The notes under the pieces were generated by a model, which was given only the letters and a program-made list of their open reading frames with translations, was not told the origin of the DNA and made no database searches. The translations under genes were made by a program, and so were the position numbers. A stretch of DNA of 64,000 nucleotides from Octopus vulgaris (lineage: Eukaryota): positions 47,988,001 through 48,052,000 of the forward strand of contig OX597822.1 of NCBI GenBank assembly GCA_951406725.2. Reading direction: 5' to 3'. Shown here in pieces: positions 37,457 to 48,684 of the stretch (position 1 is the stretch's first letter; every line of letters starts with the position of its first letter).

Positions 37457-38674
37457 TTCCGGCCCTCCTGACAGACGATTCTCGTCTTCTACGATCTATG
37501 CGCATGCTTCTATGTACCAAACGCCTATAAGAAATGATCTTTCAAGGCTAGTAACGCAATATTCTAACAAGGCATCCATGTTAAGTTGAATATAAAGATC
37601 ACCTTTTCATTTCAATACTGCTGTTGCTAATAATTAATTAAACACTGATATATAGCGGATAATCTTTACGTTCTGAGTTCAAATTCCGCCGAGGTCAATT
37701 TTGCTTTTTATCCTTTCGGGCTCGATAAATTAAGTACCAGTTAAGCACTGGTGGTTGATGTAATCAACTAACACCCTCTCCCAAAATTACAGGTGTTGTA
37801 CCTAGAGTAGAAAGAATTATAGCTGATAAGCTTAAGACGGCCAGTTGGCAGAATCGTTAGCGAATGAGACAAAAATGCTTAACCGCATTTCTTCTGACTC
37901 TTTACGTTCTGAGTTCAAATCTCTACTAGTTACAGTGACAATTTCAGGTTACTTTCTCTGACGCCTTGAAGCTTTCTTTTTCCTTAGTGACCATCCGTAT
38001 AGCTGTATGAGTTTTATACAATTAGATCGACTGGAGTCTTCTTATTCTCTTATTCACCTGTGAATCCTCGCCCAAGATAAAATTTTATGACATGGGTTGA
38101 GAATGTAAACGTTCTTCATTATCTACAAAAACATTTGAAAATTGTTAGACTATGATTCACGGACGAGGCATAATATGACCGAAACATAACTGGAGTTGTC
38201 TTGGAAGCTATTAATGATCACACTCACTCCCTACTTCATTGGAGTTTTTTAATCGATTTGATCTGGGGAGTTCTTACCCTTGGTTTTCTTAACCCGGAAC
38301 TGTTGCGAGTAGAATAACGGGGGTGATTAGATAGGCTGGACAGAATGATGGGAAGGGGTGGGTGTGGAATTGTTGGTTGTAGGATTGTGTGAAAGTGGGT
38401 GGACGAAGTTATTGATACTTAGTAAAAGTTATCAGTGAGGTTATAATTTGGTGAGTTGGACAAAATGATGGGTGGGTCGATGAAATGACGGATGGAAGAT
38501 GGGTAAAGTGGTTGGTGGGTGGATAAAGTAATAGGTGAGAATAAAACGTCAAGCGAAATAAGCAGAAATTGAAATATAAATACAATATTAATATCATGCA
38601 CTTTGTAATAACAACCTTATAAAGCCTTGCATGTAATTAATAATCTATAATAAATAAATGGAAAAAAAAAATAC

Positions 38675-38779
38675 TGCCCTGGGTGAGGCTCGAACTCACA
38701 ACCTCCGCATCCCTCTTGAATAACACAGGGAGTGTACTGTCTATAAGTACGGCGCGCTAACCGATTGTGCCACCAGGGC
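38675..38779 (-). tRNA. tRNA-Ile(UAU) with 31-nt intron, copy 6 (inverted duplicate of copy 5)
   Basis: Reverse complement of copy 5 with one intron substitution. The A-run on the plus strand is the terminator. Confidence 0.92.
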
Positions 38780-39388
38780 AGACAGACAACTGCGTCATTC
38801 CATATTTAATTCAATCAAGGATTTCTGAAAGTCCTACAAATACTGTATTTTATCGTTAAAGTGACGGATGATAGAACGTTTTCATTTTTCATTACTGAAA
38901 TTATTCCAATTGTTTGAAAATACTTTTTGTCTGACAACATAAACTGCATTGTCGGTCCGTACATAACTACTCGAACACTTAGTTGTGCGATAATGTCTTT
39001 CATCAAGAATTAAAACCGCGTTGATATTACCCCCCAGCATTTCATATTCTACATCACGGTGTACACATGATATTTTTATTGACATTTCATTGAATTAAAT
39101 ATTGGTAGATAATGTCACCTGCTCCAGCAGGCCTTCTTTGGATGCAACCCAAGATGTCTGTATACATGGCAACACCATTCCAGATGTGGGAGCAGTATAG
39201 GCCTCATTGTCAGCAATCGTTGGGAATTGAAGTACTTTATGTCCTGAAGACAAGGGCCAGTCTTTGAGATGGGGTTCTGGCTACGTTAAGGTTGTGCTTT
39301 TGCCAAGAAAGATCATCGGTGATAGGGAAGCCGAATATTTGGAGTGACTAGGGGCACGAGAAGAGAAGAGAGATGAGAGAGTCTAGAG

Positions 39389-39589
39389 CAGTGCTTTTCA
39401 AACGTTTTGCTGGAGCGGAACCCCAAGGAAACATTCCACTGGCTCGAGGAAACCCTGTGCAATAATTTAATAGTCTTATGCACACATATCTGCACAGGAG
39501 TATTAAAAATTACTGCCGATTTTAGCAGTTTTGTAACTTCTTGCGGAACCCCTGAACTGTACTGGCGGAACCCTGGTTGAAAACCACTG
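39389..39589. mobile_element. hAT (Charlie-like) MITE
   Basis: TIRs CAGTG...CACTG with a perfect 8-bp TSD GTCTAGAG on both sides; inserted in a LINE remnant. Confidence 0.9.
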
Positions 39590-40063
39590 GTCTAGAGTGT
39601 TTCAGCTGAAATGGCACGAAACCACTATACGTCAATGAGTTATAATCCCAGCAACTTACAGTATTCCGTTACTCAGTGACTATTATATGCACGGAATAAC
39701 CACAAATAAATGCTACCCCGCCGACTTTGTTTTCCTCATAACTTTCTGAAAATTATATGCTTTCTAATGAAATTTTCCAGAAGTACCTTTTAGATAAAAG
39801 TTGTATCGGAATTTATTGTAAAAACGTTTTTTTCGGAGGGGCGGAGAAGTACCCCATTTTATTTCGTCATAACTTTCTAAAAAAAAAAAAATAAATAAAT
39901 AAATAAAATTTTCTACAAATTCGTTTAGATTGTGTAAATTACGAATATGTCGAGATTTGATGTGAAAAAACGAGGAGGTGGAGTGGATAAATTACACATA
40001 TTTCAACTTTGTTTCCTCATATGTTTTGATGAGTTGTGTCAATTACCTGCTGCTCCCATCCGA

Positions 40064-41602
40064 GGCAATATACAGTTTGAGACCCGTTAACGAAAGAAAG
40101 AAAAAAAAAACCCAGCCTACAAGATGTAAAAAAATGTGTAGAAAACTAATATGAGAAAATCAAATTGCGCAAACGAACGGGTAGTGGTGGGGAGAAGACT
40201 TTCGGAAAATTCACAAGATTCGATTTTCCCCTGACAACTTTCAGGAAAATAGATATATATTAATGAAATTTTATAGAAATACCGTTCAAATGGCACAAAT
40301 TACGATGATAAAGAAGTTTGTGGGGAAAATGTTTTCCCGAAGGGGTGGAGAGAGGACAATCGGAAAATTCACGCGATCTGTTTTTTTCCCCTCAATACTT
40401 TCAGGAAAGTGGATATCTTTTAATGAGATTTTACAGAAACGCCTTTCAAACAGCATAGATTACGATTGTAAAGAAATTTGTGGGGGAAATGTTTTTCCGA
40501 AGGGTGAGGAGAGGACTGTCGGAAAATTCCCACGATCCATTTTTTTTTATCCCTCATAACTTTCGGGATCTAGTTTAACGCCCGGTCACCAAAATGAAAA
40601 AAAAACAAACAAAAAAAAAACCGAGTCTAATAGGTGTAAAAAAAAACATGTAGAAAACGGATATGAAAACAAAAATTCGTGCAAACATACATGTACATAG
40701 TTTCGTCTGGTTGGTAATTATTTGATGGCAACGATTCGAGAGAGGGAGGTATAACTTGGCTACCTCCCATTCGTTTGCGCAATTTTTTTTTCATATTCGA
40801 TTTCTACTTTTTTATTTATTTATTTTTTTTTTACACCTATTGGACTGTTTTTTCGTCTTGGTAACCGAGCGTTAAACTAGATTCTGAAAGTTATGAGGGG
40901 AAAAAAAAAAAACGGATTGTGTGAACTTTCCGACAATCATCTCCCACCCCTTCGGGAAAATATTTTCCCCACAAATTTCTTTATAATCGCACTCTATGCT
41001 GCTTGAAAGTTGTTCCTATAAAATTCCATTAATATATTACTCTTTACTCTTTTACTTGTTTCAGTCATTTGACTGCGGCCATGCTGGAGCACCGCCTTTA
41101 GTCGAGCAAATCGACCCCGGGACTTATTCTTTGTAAGCCCAGTACTTATTCTATCGGTCTCTTTTGCCGAACCGCTAAGTTACGGGAACGTAAACACACC
41201 AGCATCGGTTATCAAGCAATGCTAGAGGGACAAACACAGACACACATATACATATACATATATACGACAGGCTTCTTTCAGTTTCCGTCTACCAAATCCA
41301 CTCACAAGGCATTGGTCGGCCCGGGGCTATAGCAGAAGACACTTGCTCAAGATGCCACGCAGTGGGACTGAACCCGGAACCATGTGGTTGTTTAGCAAGC
41401 TACTTACCACACAGCCACTCCTATATATCCATTTTCCTGAAAGTTATGTGGGAAAAATCGGATCTTGTAAATTTTCCGCAAGTCCTCTCCCTCACTCCAT
41501 TCGTTTGCGCAATTTTTTTCATATTCATTTTCTACACATTTTTTTACACTTAGCACGCTGTTTTTTTTTTTTCGTTAAAGGGTTTCAAACTGTATATTGA
41601 CC
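40064..41602. mobile_element. Foldback element related to 24511-25592, ~650-bp arms, with a SINE inserted in the right arm
   Basis: CAATATACAGTTTGAGACCC / GGGTTTCAAACTGTATATTG ends; shared GGAGAGGAC..TCGGAAAATTCAC.AGATC modules; symmetry centre near 40720. Confidence 0.75.
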
Positions 41603-41960
41603 TCCATCCAAGACATATTTGTTGAAAATTTTATGAAAAATTGGTGGTGGTAGTGATGGGGTGGGGTGGAGGAGCACGCAACTGGACGCATAGAACATCG
41701 AGTCATTGGTTCACCACATTTACTAAATAAAGCAAAACCCAGTTGTCTCCCTTACAAGCGAACACGCACTCATACATGTACGCCCACACCCTTTCTCCGT
41801 CTGTTTGTCTTTCGCTCTCACTTCCTCATTTCTGGACTTACGAGATCTGATGACATTATCAGTAAAAGTAGACAATAATATTTATATATATATATATATA
41901 TATCAACAGATTAATTAGTTGGTCATTCATTGACTTAAATTTTTGATTTGGCTGCCGCCT

Positions 41961-42072
41961 GCCCCGGTGGCACAATCGGTTAGCGCGCCGTACTTATAGA
42001 CAGTACCTTCCTTGTGTTAGTCACAAGTCGGGAGATATGCGGAGGTTGTGAGTTCGAGCCTCACCCAGGGCA
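41961..42072 (+). tRNA. tRNA-Ile(UAU) with 38-nt intron, copy 7 (C5:A68 acceptor mismatch)
   Basis: GCCCCGG...CCAGGGC-A, TAT anticodon, T7 terminator. Confidence 0.85.
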
Positions 42073-43399
42073 GAGCTTTTTTTATGTTGGTTATTGTACC
42101 AAACTCGGATGTAGTATTCCTTCTGTAGTTTGCATTTTATAACTTGTTTAAAATTTTTTTTGTTAATTCATTAGAAATGGTGATGTATTCAAAAGTGAAG
42201 ATTGCGCGTACCTCTTTAGGTCAATAAATATTCTTTACAAGATTTTGTAGTAAATCTTCAAAAGGATGAGGAATTGTAGAAAAATCAACTGGCTAAAAAT
42301 ATGTAACATTAAAGGCTCGTAGCTTCTTTATTAATAATTTCTAGAAACAAAAATGAAAGTGATTTTCATTAGCATGAAAAATTACATCAGGACTAGTTTT
42401 TTTGAAAATAATCTTGTAAAAATTTGAAAAACTTCAAGTGGTTGGAAGAAATTGAACAAGATCCACATTGGGCTATATTTAATTCCTTTTTGAGAAAAAT
42501 ATATTATAAAATTACACACACTTGCCTAAACGGAATGATGACGGCTAGAAAGTTTCTAATCATAATTCTGCTGGATCAAGCAGGATTAAGGCTAAACAGC
42601 AACATGCTGTATACGCACTTTTGATAAGTTGTGGTGCACCTGAGCACTGTATACAATAATTTCATTATTATCATTATTATTATAAAATGTCATGCTTCAA
42701 TATCTTTTTCAAACGGTACCCATCGGACCATTCAAGAGCCAAAATTAAACATTAATAAAGCAAAACAATTAAACAGGGTTTATGTGTAAGTCGTGTGGCA
42801 AACTGTCGAAGTATTTCATTATTTCCATACCAAAATAGTATTTTTCTTTTTTTCCTCAGAGATACATTCATCCCTCTGGTACGATGTGAAGGAGCGAAGG
42901 TCGTCAGGCAATGATTATTGTTAATTATTCTTATATTTGAGTTATTTGAAAAACAAAAAGAGTAATTTCAGTTTCTTCTTTACCCCTAGAAAGGGGACTC
43001 TACGTGGTCGCGCGACCAGCTTAAAAGCCACCACCAAATCTCCCTCTAAGTACACCTTTCTATTTTAAAGAACAACAACGTAACAACACATGGTTAGAAC
43101 AAAAACTATAAACAATCTGATAGAATCACACCTTTCCATACTAAATAACAACGAAAAAATTCTTAAATACATCAGAACCATACGACAAACAAACTGGCTG
43201 CATCACTGCATCACAAAAGCTATTCTTCTGCACCCGCCAAACAAGCCAATGCTAACTAAAACGAAACCATTCTTCCTTTTTTCAGACGTGAACCCAATTA
43301 AGGGCCGACACGTGGTTATACAAGAGTAACAACTAAATTCTCTCCCTTAGATTGTGTAACTCTTTTCAATTTCCCTCCCATTTTCTCTGTATAACTTAT

Positions 43400-43434
43400 G
43401 TCACGTGACTAGTATTTGTTACCAAGATGGCAGC
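43400..43434 (+). promoter_or_regulatory. Candidate DDX23 promoter motifs: palindromic E-box GTCACGTGAC and YY1-like CAAGATGGCAGC
   Basis: Both motifs lie 340-370 bp upstream of the DDX23 ATG in unique sequence. Both are typical of housekeeping promoters. Confidence 0.45.
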
Positions 43435-43770
43435 TAATTTCATTTCTTAAATGTTTTTGAATTTATTTCTACAACAAAACAGACATAATTTGGCTGACAA
43501 TTCAGTTTGACTGGATATCTTAGCTGTACTTTATTCATAGTATTCCATCCGTAATTCATATGTGTCCTCTCTAATTTTCATCTATCAGTCAGTTTCACTC
43601 CATATTTTTATCAGACGGAAATATCTTTCTTGATACATTTTATTTATCAGAAATATAAGGTCCTTCTCTCTTTCTCTCTATTATATATACACACAGTTTT
43701 TATGTCACTCTGGGTAAGTTAACTTCGGTCCTTATTCACGTCAAGTATCATTCCATTTCACGTCAGCATA

Positions 43771-43967
43771 ATGGATGATCACGATAAAAGGGTAGAAAGG
43801 CATGGCAACTCTTCTGACAAAGAGGATCTGGGTTTCGATCGCAAGAAAGACAAAACGACTGCTGCGGTTTCCAAGTCTCCGAAACTAGAGCGATCGAAGT
43901 CGAAAGATCACGAAAGACGGCATCATAGCAAAGAAAAATCCAAACATCGATCACGAAGTAGAGACAG
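43771..43967 (+). CDS. DDX23: DDX23 (PRP28, U5-100K DEAD-box helicase) coding exon 1, RS/RE-rich N-terminus
   Basis: MDDHDKRVERHG...KHRSRSRD(R) with AG|gtgagt donor; joins in frame to downstream exons. Confidence 0.85.
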
Positions 43968-44465
43968 GTGAGTGAGTTACGGAGCTGTTATGATACATTG
44001 TTGATATCTTAGTTATTGCCGTCCACAATGATACATTGTTGATATCTTAGTTAGATTGCCGTCCAGCGTAGAGTCATCATGCTCTATATTATTACTTAGC
44101 TCCAGGCCAACTCTAAGAAAAGAGACCTATGTGATCAATGACGTTCCAAATTATGACTACCTAGTATTTTATTTTCAATCATATATCTAAGGGTAGCACG
44201 TCCTTCGCTTGTCAAGCCGGTAAAGTTGATTTGAGGGAGTTTGGTTATTATTTCTACCAGTTCGACCTACTGCATACAAACATTGACCTCAGGGTCCTTT
44301 AACTGTACAATAGGCCCCTAGGCAAAGTAGTACACAAGGGTCTCTACATAATCAGACAATATATATACATTAATATTAGGCCCCTAGAGTCGTGATAGCT
44401 GTCGAACCACTGACCAATGCGTTTATCTTAAGAATGCACTAATTGGATTGTAGTTCCTGGTCTTC

Positions 44466-44517
<52 letters not shown>

Positions 44518-45278
44518 CATTAACTAAAGTAATAGGGTAAATAGATATTTAGTTTAATGAGCATTTCTTTCACCTCTCTATGCAAATAAACCCTGTCACC
44601 ATATCATAAGATTATCTCTGAAGAATTACTAAACTAGCTTCACATAATCGTTCCTGGATTGCTTTTTCACTTCATAGAAAGAAATGAGTTTAAAGTTAAT
44701 TATGAGAAATGCATATCAATGCAATTGTTGGTGACACGTATAAAGTAATGTCAGTGCACATGTGTTTGTGTGTGGATATGTTGTAAAGAATCTTATATCT
44801 ATGTATGTGTGTATGTGCATTCTAGTTTAGACATAACGTGACGGTTATAAATGAGCATCATTATCATTGTGCGAGCGACATTGTTTCCTGTCTTCCATAA
44901 TAAACATGTCCATCCATGGGGATATATTACTTTGTTTGGGAATGGGTGAATTTTAGTAACTGGAAGGGCATCTGGTTCTCGCAATAAATTCTGCTTAACC
45001 TATGCAAAGCATAGAAAAGTGAATGTTAAATGATGATTATATATACATACACACATATATATATATGATATATGTATATATATATATATATATATATTAA
45101 TATTATTAATAGTTAGGGAATGTAATAATTCCAAGCTAACAGGGAAAAAATTTCAATTTAGCACACTAAATCAAAATTCACAATATATTATATATATATG
45201 TATAAATTAGAAACAAAACGCTATTTAGTTATTCAGTCAATATAATATAATATAATATATATATATATTATATATATA

Positions 45279-45342
<64 letters not shown>

Positions 45343-45584
45343 CACACAAGCATGTATCTGACTCATACATTGTTCGCTTTCCAGACATTTGTACATTACT
45401 GCATATACTCTATATGCACATTCTGACAAGTTGTGGTGCACCTGAGTACTGTATACAATAATTTCATTATTATTATTTTTATATATATATATACTATTTA
45501 AAAATATATGTGTGTGTGTAAAAGCCTCCTGTTGTGTATGATTGGTGGGGAGACATCTGATGGCTGAGTCATTGTCATTTGCAG

Positions 45585-45722
45585 GCAGGATAGTCGCAAT
45601 CGTGAAAGGCGTCGAAACAGAAGTCGCAGCAAGGAACGACATCGCAGCCGAAGCAGGGAACGGCCGAAGGCAAAGCGGCACAAAGAGCAGATCCACAAGA
45701 GTAAAGATAAAATCAAAGACGA
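45585..45722 (+). CDS. DDX23: DDX23 coding exon 2
   Basis: (R)QDSRNRERRRNRSRSKERHRSRSRERPK...KIKD(E). ttgcag acceptor, gtaagt donor; 138 nt, phase 2/2. Confidence 0.88.
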
Positions 45723-45938
45723 GTAAGTTGCTGCTTGTCTTGTTGTTGGGTGGTGGTCTATAACCATACTCTATTTTTTTGATGATATATTTAATAGCAT
45801 AAAAGATGCACAGTCTTATTAAATGCACACTCATATTAGATACATGCTCATATTAGATGCACACTCATATTAGATGCACACTTGTATTATATGCACAGGG
45901 ATCTTTACCTTTTGACTGATTTAGAAAATAATTTTTTG

Positions 45939-46589
45939 TAACTAAACACTTTCAAACTTCGTATACTAGTAGAATGTGTCATATAAAATATTTTTTACTC
46001 CTAGCGTTTTTGAGAGAAGTTATTTCTTTTTAAAGTTGTCATATTTCGGTAATTTCAACCAATCAATGACGTGTATTCAGCTGAATAAATTACTGTTGTT
46101 GTTTGTCAACAACTTCCGGCGGTGTATATTTCGTTTGTCACTGTTATTTATGACATATTTCATCTCAGTTACGTTTGTATGAATAAACGAGTGTATCTGA
46201 AGCATGTTTACTTCATGGCACCACCATAATCGTTTGTGCTTCATTTTTCATTTTTTTTTCTGTAACTCTAACCCTAAAATCCCAACCCCAACATCTTAAC
46301 CCTAACTCTAAAACCCTAACCCCCTAAAGCTAAAACCAATACTAATGCACGAACGATGTCATAAATAACAGTGACAAATGAAAAATACACCGCCGGTAGT
46401 TGTTGATAAATGCCGGCAGTAATTTTATTCAGCTGAATACATGTGATTGATTGGTTGAAATTACCAAAATACAACAACTTTAACACAAAATAACTTCATA
46501 AATATAAGTTTTTCTCAAAAACGCTAAGAGTAAAAGATATTTTATATGACACATTCTACCAGTATACGAAGTTTGAAAGGGTTTAGTTA
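45939..46589. mobile_element. Palindromic MITE with ~220-bp TIRs and a degenerate (TAACCC)n core, in DDX23 intron 2
   Basis: TAACTAAACACTTTCAAACTTCGTATACT / AGTATACGAAGTTTGAAAGGGTTTAGTTA; arms match inward to ~46157 and ~46356. Confidence 0.8.
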
Positions 46590-47265
46590 TAGAAAAGTAT
46601 TTTGGTGTATAGTCACATTAGATGCACACTCCCAATTTCGGTAGTGCATATTCAAGATAAAAAATGTTTTTAGTGCATTAAAGCACTCTGTATGGTGATT
46701 GACATTAGGAATGCCAGAACCATGTAGTTGAGAAGCAAACATCTTACCACAGTCATGCCTGTGCCTACTTGGTACACCTAGGACTGAAGTACCCAATGTG
46801 TTCTTTACTCCTTTTTAACCATTTTGTTATCAAAATACACTGACTTTGATTCTCTTAATTATGATATTAATGAAAAAGTTTGTAAAATAACTTTGCCATT
46901 ATTAAGATGGTCTTCAAAACAAATTAACATGAAATTTTGACTTACAAGATTAAGATCAAAATTTAACACACACACATGTGTGTGTGTGGCAGGGTGCATG
47001 CATCAAATTTCACTCAGCTCACATCCTACCATTTTGAACTTTTGATACCCCCTCCCCCCCCCCTGACTGCCTCTGGATCAATGATGCAAATTTTATGTTT
47101 TAAAGTTATCTAAATTAAAGACTTTTGTCAAAATTTCATGTTAATTTGTTTTGAAGACCATCTTAATAATGGCGAAGTTATTTTACAAACTTTTTCATTA
47201 ATATCAAAATTAAGAGAATAAAAGTCAGTGTTTCTAATACACTGTTTCTATCATTTCATTGTCAG

Positions 47266-47356
47266 GAAGAAAAGCAAATCTGCACCTGCAAAAGTGCCTT
47301 TATCTTTGGAGGAGTTATTGGCAAAGAAGAAAGCTGAAGAGGAAGCTTTGAGCAAA
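47266..47356 (+). CDS. DDX23: DDX23 coding exon 3
   Basis: KKSKSAPAKVPLSLEELLAKKKAEEEALSK, with the conserved PLSLEELLAKKKAEEE motif; ag/gt boundaries. Confidence 0.93.
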
Positions 47357-48104
47357 GTAAGGTTGATGTTCGACATTTCCTGTCTGACATTGTTGATGTT
47401 GATATTTTTCTTGTTGCTGTTGTATAAATGAGTTCTTCAGGGATTAGGAAGCATCGGTATAAGACATTCTCAATAGCTTTAGAGCATAGGTTAAGTGGGC
47501 GCTACCGCCCCCCACTTCCTGGTGGGCATTGAGAGGGTCCAGATGGGCAGTGGTGCCTAAGGGGACAGCAGAGAAAAAGGAGGCATTGGAAGGAAGGCAG
47601 TGGATTGGGGGATGCTATGAATTTATAATATTATAGTATTGCATATAAATTAGTAAAATATAAAATATTTATTTATACATAAAAATAGGGGTGGGGCGTT
47701 GAGGGTGTTATGTAGCTATGAGGTGGGGCATGGCCCAAAAAGTTTGAGAACCTCTGGTTTAGACTGAACAAAATTACAACAACCAAGAATTGAACTTGGT
47801 CCATTGATCTAGATTCCCAGGGGTCACTTGTGCATATGTATGCATGTGTGTGTATGTTTGTGTCTCCTTGCCTTGACATTGTATGACAGTTGTAAATGAG
47901 TCTCCCTACCATACAAGCAGTGTCATTCATGTCCAATATTCTGTGAAAACATGTCTGGCCATGAAGAAATATTACCTTGTTTGGAAACAAGTGAGGGTTT
48001 GTGACAAGAAGGGCATCTTAGTGTAGAAAAGTTGCACCCTGGTTTATTCAGTTAAAATCAAATATAAAATAGTGTGACTTATGCATGAACAAATATGGTA
48101 AATA

Positions 48105-48486
48105 CAAGGTGTTCAAAAAGTCTCTCTGCAGTGAATGGATTATTTCTAAGGGACTTTGGCCACCAAGATCACCTGATTTAACACTGCCAGACATTTTTTT
48201 TCTGGGGAGCAAGTAAAGGATCAGTGTACAAGAATCACCTGAAAACCATTAATGAGATGCAATCATAACTTTCACACGGTCCATACCATGTCAGACTCTC
48301 CAAGATGTATTTCAAAATATATGTAAAAGAGTCAACTTATGTATTGAAAATGAAGGACGAGACTTTCAACACCTCTTATAAAGTTTTTTAAAGTCTTGTA
48401 AAGTCTAATATATTTGTTTGTAGTCTTATACCAACTTATATTTTGCAACAAAATACTTACTGCGGAGAGACTTTTTGAACAGCCTG
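48105..48486. mobile_element. Tc1/mariner internal-deletion derivative
   Basis: TA-CAAGGTGTTCAAAAAGTCTCTCTGCAGT / ACTGCGGAGAGACTTTTTGAACAGCCTG-TA, with a WPPRSPDLT.PDIF transposase remnant. A related 5' piece with HTH remnant lies at 49364-49700. Confidence 0.8.
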
Positions 48487-48545
48487 TATATTGACGGTGG
48501 CTTGTATGAAAAGAGTCTGTAATCTCTTTTTGTTCTTTGATTTAG

Positions 48546-48684
48546 CCAAAATTCCTAACGAAGGAAGCAAGAGCAGCAGAAGCATTGAGGAAGCGAGCAG
48601 AAGCTGTTAAGCAGCAAAAGGCCAACATTCAAGAAGAGAAGAAAAAACAGATAGAATTCTTGAGGCATGCTCGAGGTGATTCAG
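48546..48684 (+). CDS. DDX23: DDX23 coding exon 4
   Basis: PKFLTKEARAAEALRKRAEAVKQQ...HARGDS(G). tttag acceptor, G|gtaatc donor. Confidence 0.9.

Noticed and set aside
43090-43329. 79-aa ORF upstream of DDX23
   Set aside because: No recognisable motif or splice linkage; it lies upstream of the putative promoter motifs.
45581-45589. Alternative acceptor GCAG-GCAG at DDX23 exon 2
   Set aside because: The 4-nt shift breaks the reading frame; only the upstream AG gives the RS-rich frame.
45268-45834. 188-aa minus-strand ORF
   Set aside because: Antisense shadow of DDX23 exon 2 extended by (TA)n.
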